A program made the position numbers and the translations under genes. A stretch of DNA of 64,000 nt from the NCBI GenBank assembly GCA_016462645.1, contig JAEMSX010000002.1, positions 57,481-121,480 of the forward strand, in the 5' to 3' direction. A model generated the notes under the pieces. That model was not told the DNA's origin, did not search any database, and was given only the letters and a program-made list of their open reading frames with translations. Positions 29,387 through 36,855 of this stretch are shown piece after piece. Position 1 is the stretch's first letter. Every line of letters begins with the position of its first letter. The stretch comes from Thermoleophilaceae bacterium. GTDB lineage: Bacteria > Actinomycetota > Thermoleophilia > Solirubrobacterales > JACPNS01.

Positions 29387-30099
29387 TGGAGACCACTGCG
29401 CTGGGCGAGAAGCGGATCACTGGCGTCGCTGGAGACCCGTATGACTGGCCCTACAACCAGAATCTCGACCTTGAGAAGACCGCGCTCATTCTGATCGACT
29501 GGCAGACCGACTTCTGCGGCGAGGGCGGCTACGTCGACCACATGGGCTACGACCTTGCACTCACCCGGGCGGGAATCCCGGCGACTCAGAAGGTGCTGGC
29601 GCGCTGGCGCGAGCTGGGCCTGCTCGCCGTGCACACGCGCGAAGGGCACAAACCCGACCTCTCGGACTGCCCTCCTAACAAGCTCTGGCGCTCGAAGCAG
29701 ATGGGGGCCGGGATCGGCGACTCAGGTCCCTGCGGCAGGATCCTCGTGATCGGCGAGCCGGGCCAGGACATCGTGCCCGAGCTGTACCCCGAGCCGGGCG
29801 AGATCGTGATCGACAAGCCCGGCAAAGGCGCGTTCGTGGCGACAAACCTCGACCTGATCCTGCGCACCAACAACATCGAGAACCTGATCTTCACCGGCAT
29901 CACCACCGACGTGTGCGTGCACACGACGATGCGTGAGGCGAACGACATGGGTTACGAGTGCCTGCTGCTTTCAGACTGCACGGGCGCCACGGACTACGGC
30001 AACTACGAAGCCGCGCTCAAGATGGTCAAGATGCAGGGCGGAGTCTTCGGGTCGGTTGCGACCAGTGAAGACCTGCTCGGCGCCTTGTCGGTCCTTTAG
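29386..30099 (+). CDS. Isochorismatase-like cysteine hydrolase (intact triad; biuret-hydrolase/CSHase-like subgroup suspected)
   Basis: 237 aa from [10 protein letters not shown] (ATGA overlap with the preceding stop at 29384-29388). LILID38WQTDF, VIDK144PGKGAF, TTDVC177VH (TGC 29914-29916). The track start at 29224 overlaps the previous gene and is rejected. Confidence 0.88.
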   Translation: METTALGEKRITGVAGDPYDWPYNQNLDLEKTALILIDWQTDFCGEGGYVDHMGYDLALTRAGIPATQKVLARWRELGLLAVHTREGHKPDLSDCPPNKLWRSKQMGAGIGDSGPCGRILVIGEPGQDIVPELYPEPGEIVIDKPGKGAFVATNLDLILRTNNIENLIFTGITTDVCVHTTMREANDMGYECLLLSDCTGATDYGNYEAALKMVKMQGGVFGSVATSEDLLGALSVL

Positions 30100-30110
30100 G
30101 GGGCCGCCGG

Positions 30111-31553
30111 ATGACAAGCGTTGCAACAAATGCCTTCGCGTGGGCACTTGAGTACCTCGCGGAGTGGGACACCGACGACCTCGAGCGCCGCGTCGCCTTC
30201 GACCTGTGGGCCGGAGAGCGCGGGGTGGGGGCGGCGAGCGGCACGCCGACCACCGTCGGTGTTGATTCAGGCAGGATCGCTGAGGCTGCCGCAAAGCTGG
30301 CCTCCGGCGAGACAACCTCGGTCGCCCTGGTCGAGGAGGCCCTTGCGGTCGCCGCCGATCACAACGAGCGGCTCGTCGGATTCGTCGAGCTCACCGCAGA
30401 ATCGGCACTGGCCGACGCAGCCGCGCTCGACGCCGAGCGCGCCGCCGGTGAAGTGCGCGGACCGATGCACGGAATCCCGATCTCCGTGAAGGACGTGATC
30501 CACGTCGCCGGCGTTCCGACGCGCTGCGGCTCGGACGCCTTTGAGGCGCTGCCTGAACACGACGCCTGGGCCGTCGCGCGCATGCGCGAGGCCGGCGCGG
30601 TGATTCTCGGCAAGGTCGCAACGCACGAGTTCGCGCTCGGCGTCACCTCGCCGCAGTCGCGCAATCCTCACGATCCCACCCGTATTCCCGGGGGATCCTC
30701 CGGCGGTTCCGCCGTCGCCGTCTCCACCGGCATGGGGCTGGGCTCGATCTGCACCGACACGCGCGCTTCCTCACGCGTGCCCGCAGCACTGAGCGGAGTG
30801 GTCGGAATGAAGCCGACCTACGGAACGGTCCCGACCAAGGGTGTCGTGCCGCTGGCCTGGACGATGGACCACGTCGGCGTGATCGCCGACACCGTGGCCG
30901 ACACGGCGACGATGTTCGACATCCTGCGCGACCTGCCACCGATGGCGCCGGGAGTGAATGACGGGGTGGAGGGATTGAAGCTCGGCCTCCCCAGGGCAGC
31001 GTTTGAAGATGTCGATCCCGACGTCGAGGCGGTCGTGCGCGCCGGCGTCGAGCGGCTCGTCGGGGCCGGCGCAACGACGATCGACCTCGACACGCCGGGG
31101 GAACCCGACTTCACCGGAGCGAACGCCGGCGGCATGATCACGAGTCGTTGTGAGGCGGCAACCTTCCACAAATTCATCGACACCGACCGCAGTCTTTACT
31201 GGGGCGAGGTCCGCGACCAGCTCAACGCCGCAGACGAAGTGCTCGCCACCGAGTATCTCCAGGCTCAGCGCTACCGCGCGTGGCTGCGCGAGCGCATGCT
31301 CAAGGTCTTTGAGGGCGTGGACGCGCTAGTGATGCCGACCGTCCCTGTGCTGGCCCCGCCGGTCGAGGACGCCGACGACTACCTGACGATCCTCTCGCGT
31401 AACGCGATCCTCTGGAGCTTTGTCGGATTCCCAGCGATCTCGGTGCCTGCCGGCAAGTCGCCGTCGGGTCTGCCGATCGGCCTGCAGGTCGTCGGCGCCC
31501 CGTTTGCGGAGCGCACGCTGATCGCCGTCGCCGCAGCAGCCGAGACGGACTGA
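30111..31553 (+). CDS. Amidase-signature family amidase, copy 1
   Basis: 480 aa. SVKDV (Lys), GGSSGGSAVAV (cis-Ser), TDTRASSRVPA (nucleophile Ser retained). Confidence 0.9.
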   Translation: MTSVATNAFAWALEYLAEWDTDDLERRVAFDLWAGERGVGAASGTPTTVGVDSGRIAEAAAKLASGETTSVALVEEALAVAADHNERLVGFVELTAESALADAAALDAERAAGEVRGPMHGIPISVKDVIHVAGVPTRCGSDAFEALPEHDAWAVARMREAGAVILGKVATHEFALGVTSPQSRNPHDPTRIPGGSSGGSAVAVSTGMGLGSICTDTRASSRVPAALSGVVGMKPTYGTVPTKGVVPLAWTMDHVGVIADTVADTATMFDILRDLPPMAPGVNDGVEGLKLGLPRAAFEDVDPDVEAVVRAGVERLVGAGATTIDLDTPGEPDFTGANAGGMITSRCEAATFHKFIDTDRSLYWGEVRDQLNAADEVLATEYLQAQRYRAWLRERMLKVFEGVDALVMPTVPVLAPPVEDADDYLTILSRNAILWSFVGFPAISVPAGKSPSGLPIGLQVVGAPFAERTLIAVAAAAETD

Positions 31554-31604
31554 AGTCCACTGCGAACTGGGTTTGTCCACACGGAGAGTCGCCCAGCGCG
31601 ATTT

Positions 31605-31617
31605 TTGTACGGCACAA
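31605..31617. promoter_or_regulatory. TTGTACGGCACAA imperfect palindrome in the inter-amidase gap (possible additional GntR-type site)
   Basis: TTGT-N5-ACAA with 5 of 6 pairs complementary. Shares the TTGTA half-site with the 23.2-kb operators. Lies 108-120 nt upstream of the ATG at 31725. Confidence 0.25.
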
Positions 31618-31724
31618 GCACGGGGCGGGTCGCCTGCGCGGGTAGCTTCGGTCTACAGCCACAGGTACGTACGTCGCGGCACCCCGTTAGCGATGGTGGC
31701 TTCACCCAACAGATTGATCAATTG

Positions 31725-33173
31725 ATGTCGAACCTGGCAACTGACGCGTTCCAGAACGCACTTGCGCTGCTCAGAAAGTGGCGCGCCGAGCGGGCAGACG
31801 CAGCTCCGGCATACGCCCTTGAGCTGCCGGTGGACCGCCCGAGCGAGCGTCCGGTCCAGCCTCCGTCACCGCGTCGTGGCGCGATCGCGTCCACCGAGCG
31901 GTTGCTCGATTCGCACGACGTCACTTCGGAAGAGCTCGTCTCGCGCTCACTGCGGGCGATCGCCGATCAGAACGATGAGCTCTACGCATTCGTGGAGATC
32001 CTCGAGGTCGAGGCGCTCGCGCGGGCAAAGAAGATGGACGTCGAGCGCGGCGCCGGCCGCGTGCGCAGCCCGCTGCACGGCATTCCCGTGTCGGTCAAGG
32101 ATCTCTACGCCGTGAAGGGCGGGACGACTCGCGCCGGCTCGCTCGGCTATGAACGCCGCGACGACCACGACGCCGTAGCCGTCAAGCGCCTGCGTGAGGC
32201 CGGAGCCGTGGTGATCGGTAAGACATCAACGCATGAGTTCGCGATGGGCGTGATCGCGCCCCAATCGCGCAATCCCCACGACACGACGCGTATTTCCGGT
32301 GGATCCTCCAGCGGCGCCGCCATCGCAGTCGCCACCGGAATGGGCATGGCGGCGCTCGGCACCGACACGCGCGGGTCGATCCGCATTCCCGCGGCGCTCT
32401 GCGGAGTCGTCGGCCTGAAACCGACTTTCGGGACGATCCCGCTGGATGGCGTGGTGCCGCTGGCGTGGTCGATGGATCACGTTGCGGTGATGGCGCCGTC
32501 CGCGGATGACGCCGCGACCGTGCTCGACGCCCTGACTCCGGAGAAGAAGACGGTCGACACGCCCGTCGCCGCGGTCAGCGACATTCGCGTAGGCCTGCCG
32601 CGCACGGCCTGGCGTGACGCCGAGCCGGCGGTCGAGCATTCGCTGGAGTCTGTGATGGACACGCTTGTCGCGACCGGCGTTGAGATGGTCGATGTGCAAC
32701 GCCCGAGCGCGATCGACTTCGACAACGCGAATCTCACCAGCATGGTCGTCTCGCGCTGCGAGGCGGCGGCGTTCCATCGCGATCTGGGTCTTGATCCGAT
32801 TCTCTACACGTCCGATGTGCGCACGCAGCTTGAGGTTGCCTCGGAGGCCACCGCGCAGGACTACATCGATGGCCAGCGCCTGCGCGCCGAGCTCCAGCGC
32901 GACATGCTCAGAGTCTTCGAGGACGTCGATGTGTTGTTGATGCCGACTGTGCCGATCGTCGCGCCGACCGTCGAGACCGCGGACCAGACCCCGCTCGTGC
33001 TCACGCGCAACGTCGCACTCTGGAGTTTTGTCGGATTTCCGGCCATCACGGTCCCGTGCGAGCCTTCGCCCGCGGGTCTGCCGATCGGCCTTCAAATCGT
33101 TGCCGCGCCGCACCGGGAGGCCGCGATTCTCGCGGTTGCCCGTGCAGTCGAGCGAGGGGTGAACGCGCGATAG
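31725..33173 (+). CDS. Amidase-signature family amidase, copy 2 (tandem paralog)
   Basis: 482 aa from MSNLATDAFQNAL (parallels MTSVATNAFAWAL of copy 1). SVKDL, GGSSSGAAIAV, TDTRGSIRIPA. The track start at 31605 is rejected. Confidence 0.88.
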   Translation: MSNLATDAFQNALALLRKWRAERADAAPAYALELPVDRPSERPVQPPSPRRGAIASTERLLDSHDVTSEELVSRSLRAIADQNDELYAFVEILEVEALARAKKMDVERGAGRVRSPLHGIPVSVKDLYAVKGGTTRAGSLGYERRDDHDAVAVKRLREAGAVVIGKTSTHEFAMGVIAPQSRNPHDTTRISGGSSSGAAIAVATGMGMAALGTDTRGSIRIPAALCGVVGLKPTFGTIPLDGVVPLAWSMDHVAVMAPSADDAATVLDALTPEKKTVDTPVAAVSDIRVGLPRTAWRDAEPAVEHSLESVMDTLVATGVEMVDVQRPSAIDFDNANLTSMVVSRCEAAAFHRDLGLDPILYTSDVRTQLEVASEATAQDYIDGQRLRAELQRDMLRVFEDVDVLLMPTVPIVAPTVETADQTPLVLTRNVALWSFVGFPAITVPCEPSPAGLPIGLQIVAAPHREAAILAVARAVERGVNAR

Positions 33174-33248
33174 CGGTCAACGGGGCATTCCCGACTCGAC
33201 CCGCCGACGGTACCGGTCGCCGGGGTGTACGGGAGGCTCGTAGGCAGA

Positions 33249-33280
33249 GGGTCCGGCAGAGATGCCGGGCCCTTTGTCGT
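33249..33280 (+). terminator. Rho-independent terminator closing the amidase locus
   Basis: GGGTCCGGC-agagat-GCCGGGCCC (9-bp stem, one G:U) followed by TTTGTCGTT. Confidence 0.7.
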
Positions 33281-33374
33281 TCTCCGACTGTTCCTGGCGA
33301 GTGAATTGGCCGAAATTCCGCATCATTGGTAGCCTTAGAGGTTCTGCAAATCCACCTACTAGTTAGAAGTTCAC

Positions 33375-34922
33375 GTGTCAACGACCCTTACCGAATCACC
33401 CGCAGTGGCCGAACCTACGGCCGCCGCACCTGAAACCGAAGCCCCTGCCGGAAACGTAGTTCCGGGATCCGACGGCCTGCTGCTCGAAGTCGACGGCAAG
33501 ATCGTCCCCAACTACGCCGCAACACTTGTCAACTTTGACGACGGAGACGTCGTCCAGGGCACGGTTGTCCAGATCGACCGCGACGAAGTTCTCGTCGACA
33601 TCGGATACAAGTCCGAGGGCGTCATCCCGGTCAACGAGCTTTCGATCCGCAAGAACGTCAACCCCGCCGATGAGGTCTCGCTCGGCGAAGAGGTCGACGC
33701 ACTTGTCGTCACCAAGGAAGACGCCGATGGGCGCCTGGTGCTCAGCAAGAAGCGCGCCAAGTTCGAGAAGGCATGGCGCAAGATCGAAGAAGCTGCCGAG
33801 TCTGGTGAGCCGGTTGAAGGAACCGTTATTGAAGTGGTCAAGGGTGGTCTGATCGTGGACCTCGGAATCCGTGGATTCCTCCCCGCATCGCTCGTGGACA
33901 TCCGACGCGTCCAGGACCTCGATGAGTTCCGCGCCACAACCGTGCGCTGCAAGGTCATCGAGCTCAACCGCTCACGCAACAACGTTGTGCTCTCCCGCCG
34001 CGCGATTCTCGAAGAAGAGCGTCGCGAAGTGCGCCAGCAGATCATCGGCTCGCTCGAGCGCGGTTCTGTTGTCGAGGGTGCGATCAGCAACATCGTGGAC
34101 TTCGGTGCATTCGTCGACCTCGACGGCATCGACGGCCTGATCCACATTTCCGAGCTCTCCTGGAGCCACGTCAACCACCCGAGCGAAGTTGTTTCGATCG
34201 GTGACGTCGTCAAGGTCAAGGTGCTCGACATCGACCACGACCGCCAGCGCATCTCACTGGGTCTCAAGCAGACCCAGGAAGACCCGTGGCAGAAGGTCAT
34301 CGACACGCACCACATCGGTGACGTGCTCGAGGGCACCGTCACGAAGATCGTCTCCTTCGGAGCGTTCGTCGAGATCTACAACGGCGTCGAGGGTCTCGTG
34401 CACATCTCGGAACTCTCCGAGCAGCACGTCGAGAACCCGCGTCAGGTGCTCAACGAGGCAGACGTCGTGCGCGTCCGCATCCTCGAGATCGACACCGAGC
34501 GTCGTCGCCTTTCCCTGAGCGCCAAGCAGGTTGATGGTCAGGAACTCGTTCCGGCCGAGCTCAACGAAGAGGGCGAAGTCATCACGCCGAAGGACCACGA
34601 CGTCGAAGAGGCGATCGCGGAGGCCCTTGGCGACCTCGACCTCGGCGACCTGAGTGAAGCGGCTCCGGAAGCCGAAGCGGAAGCCGCAACCGAAGCCCCT
34701 GCTGAAGAAGCAGCCCCGGCCGAAGAAGCTGCTCCTGAGGCTGAAGTAGCTGAAGAGGCGCCTGCCGCCGAAGAAGCTCCCGCCGAAGACGCCGGCGACT
34801 CCGCCGACGGCAACCTCGAGGACGCCGCTCCCGAGGTCGACCCGGCTCTGGAAGCTGGCAGCGCCGACACCGTCGACGCCGATGGCGATGAAGCCCCCGC
34901 CGCGGAAGCGCCCGCTGAGTAA
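33375..34922 (+). CDS. rpsA: 30S ribosomal protein S1 with acidic Ala/Glu-rich C-terminal tail
   Basis: 515 aa, GTG start. Four S1 repeats (GDVVQGTVVQID, VEGTVIEVVKGGLIVDL, VVEGAISNIVDFGAFVDL, VLEGTVTKIVSFGAFVEI). Confidence 0.95.
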   Translation: MSTTLTESPAVAEPTAAAPETEAPAGNVVPGSDGLLLEVDGKIVPNYAATLVNFDDGDVVQGTVVQIDRDEVLVDIGYKSEGVIPVNELSIRKNVNPADEVSLGEEVDALVVTKEDADGRLVLSKKRAKFEKAWRKIEEAAESGEPVEGTVIEVVKGGLIVDLGIRGFLPASLVDIRRVQDLDEFRATTVRCKVIELNRSRNNVVLSRRAILEEERREVRQQIIGSLERGSVVEGAISNIVDFGAFVDLDGIDGLIHISELSWSHVNHPSEVVSIGDVVKVKVLDIDHDRQRISLGLKQTQEDPWQKVIDTHHIGDVLEGTVTKIVSFGAFVEIYNGVEGLVHISELSEQHVENPRQVLNEADVVRVRILEIDTERRRLSLSAKQVDGQELVPAELNEEGEVITPKDHDVEEAIAEALGDLDLGDLSEAAPEAEAEAATEAPAEEAAPAEEAAPEAEVAEEAPAAEEAPAEDAGDSADGNLEDAAPEVDPALEAGSADTVDADGDEAPAAEAPAE

Positions 34923-34929
34923 GAAACCT

Positions 34930-35526
34930 GTGTTCATTGGCTTGACCGGCGGCGTTGCCGCCGGCAAGTCAACTGCACTTGCTGCGCTGGCCGAGGCCGG
35001 CGTACCCACGCTTTCGGCCGATGCCGTCGTGCATCAGGTCTACGAAGACCCGGAGATGATCGAGCTCGTTCGCGAGCGGCTCGGCGACGACGTGATCGTC
35101 GACGGTGCGGTCGATCGCGACGCCGTCGCCAGCGCGATCTTCGTCGAGCCGGAGCTGCGCTCCTGGCTGGAGCAGTTGATCTGGCCGCGCGTGGGGTTGA
35201 AGATCTTTGAGTTTCGCCGCGACCACGAGGCACTGGATGATCCTCCGGCCGCCACCGTCGTCGAGGTGCCGCTGCTTTTCGAGGCCGGGATGGATCAGGG
35301 CTTTGACCGCACGATCGCCGTGATCGTCGATGACGAGCTGCGCAAATCGCGCGCGGCGGAGCGCGGCGGGGAAGAGCTCGCCGCCCGCGACGAGCGACAG
35401 ATGTCGCAGGACGAGAAGGCCGAACGCGCCGATGTGGTCGTCGTGAATGACGGCGACCTCGAGCTGTTGGCGCAGCGTGCCGTCGCCGCCGTCGCGCAAT
35501 GCGTGGAGCTCGGCCCGCGCGTCTGA
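34930..35526 (+). CDS. coaE: Dephospho-CoA kinase
   Basis: Start placed at GTG 34930 (VFIGLTGGVAAGKST P-loop), avoiding overlap with rpsA. The track start at 34882 is possible but less likely. Confidence 0.88.
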   Translation: MFIGLTGGVAAGKSTALAALAEAGVPTLSADAVVHQVYEDPEMIELVRERLGDDVIVDGAVDRDAVASAIFVEPELRSWLEQLIWPRVGLKIFEFRRDHEALDDPPAATVVEVPLLFEAGMDQGFDRTIAVIVDDELRKSRAAERGGEELAARDERQMSQDEKAERADVVVVNDGDLELLAQRAVAAVAQCVELGPRV

Positions 35527-35537
35527 CGGTTGTATGA

Positions 35538-36230
35538 GTGGCCGCGCCGGTCCCGCTGACACAATCAAAGGCCGTGCCAAGCCGTACCGCAACAGCCAAA
35601 AGCCCGTCACGCAGGGCCCAGAAGCGCCAGGTCAAGAAGGCCCAGCGGCGCTCGGTCGCGCGTCGGCGCACGATCGGACTGCTCGTGATTCTGATGCTGG
35701 TCGGCGGGATCGCCTTCGCCGTCTCCAAGACCTACGAGAAGGGCTACCGCGAACTCGCCCTGCCGCTGCGCCATGACGACATCATCCGCCAACAGGCCAA
35801 AGCGAAGGATCTCGATCCTGCGCTGATCGCGGCCGTGATCTATCAGGAGTCGCGCTTCCGCCCGCGCGAATCATCGGCCGGCGCGCTCGGCCTCATGCAG
35901 CTCCTGCCAGACACCGCGCACTTCATCGCCGGAAAGACCGGCGGATCGGCATTCACCACGGAAGATCTCGCCACGCCGCAGATCAACATCCAGTACGGCG
36001 CGTGGTACCTCCGCTACCTCATGAACGAGTTCGACAACCACGAGGTCACGGCGCTGGCCGCCTACAACGCCGGCATCGGCACGGTCCAGGGTTGGCTCGC
36101 GAAGTCGGGGGAGAGTGCGATCACCGATCCGGACGACATCCCGTACCCCGAGACGCGCGAGTACGTCAAAAACGTTCTGAAGGCGCACGATCAATACCGC
36201 GTCGAATACGCCAAAGAGCTCGGCCGGTAG
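35538..36230 (+). CDS. Membrane-anchored lytic transglycosylase (SLT domain)
   Basis: 230 aa. Basic N-terminus plus TM (TIGLLVILMLVGGIAFAV). IYQESRFRP (catalytic Glu), GALGLMQLLP, AYNAG. Confidence 0.88.
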   Translation: MAAPVPLTQSKAVPSRTATAKSPSRRAQKRQVKKAQRRSVARRRTIGLLVILMLVGGIAFAVSKTYEKGYRELALPLRHDDIIRQQAKAKDLDPALIAAVIYQESRFRPRESSAGALGLMQLLPDTAHFIAGKTGGSAFTTEDLATPQINIQYGAWYLRYLMNEFDNHEVTALAAYNAGIGTVQGWLAKSGESAITDPDDIPYPETREYVKNVLKAHDQYRVEYAKELGR

Positions 36231-36245
36231 TCGGCCGGGCGCCGG

Positions 36246-36836
36246 TCAGACGATCCCGAGGATCTTGTCGGCGACGGTGCGCCAGTGCTCTTTCTTGTGC
36301 TCGCGCTCGCCGGCGTCCGCGAGTCCCTCGTGGTGAAAGTTGACCGAAGTGCCCGACTTGTTGGCTTCCAGACTGACCTGCATCGTCGAGGTCTCTCCGG
36401 TCTCGGCGTCGGTGTGGCGCAGGCGGATCTTCTCGCCGGGCTTCACTGATCGCAGCTCATAGGTGTGGCCTTCGGCGTCGGTGACGGTCTCGCCGGGCTC
36501 GGTCGGGACCTTGGCGCCGTTCAACCAGATCGCCGCCGCTGCGGGGGAGGTCATCAGTTTCCAGGCCTCATCCGGATCGACCGGAAGCGTTGTTCGCACG
36601 CCGACCTGGAAGCTGCCGTCGGAGGTCTTCCCGAGTTCGCGCCTGCCGATCGACTTCTCGAACTCGACGGTGATGCTTTGTTGCCACCAGGTGCTCTCGA
36701 CCTCACCGTCCGTAGCGAGCAGATTGACGATCGCCTTGTGGTCGAGCTCCATCGCCCCTTTCTCGCGCAGGTAGGCGAACCACTGATCCCAGCTCTGGCC
36801 GGTTGCTTTCAGGACGGCTTCGTCTGAAGGGGGCAT
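36246..36836 (-). CDS. Cytoplasmic protein, DUF4287-like N-terminus plus SRPBCC/AHSA1-like C-terminus (tentative)
   Basis: 196 aa from MPPSDEAVLKATGQSWDQWFAYL (CAT 36834-36836). The upstream Arg-rich part of track ORF 36246..37166 overlaps the next gene and is rejected. Domain names are from memory of similar sequences only. Confidence 0.55.
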   Translation of the reverse strand: MPPSDEAVLKATGQSWDQWFAYLREKGAMELDHKAIVNLLATDGEVESTWWQQSITVEFEKSIGRRELGKTSDGSFQVGVRTTLPVDPDEAWKLMTSPAAAAIWLNGAKVPTEPGETVTDAEGHTYELRSVKPGEKIRLRHTDAETGETSTMQVSLEANKSGTSVNFHHEGLADAGEREHKKEHWRTVADKILGIV

Positions 36837-36855
36837 CCCGTCAGAATAAAGCGAT

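Noticed and set aside
31605-31724. Upstream extension of the second amidase (MYGTSTGRVACAGSFGLQPQV...)
   Set aside because: It has no similarity to the paralog. The ATG at 31725 yields MSNLATDAF, which parallels MTSVATNAF of copy 1. The extension also has atypical composition.
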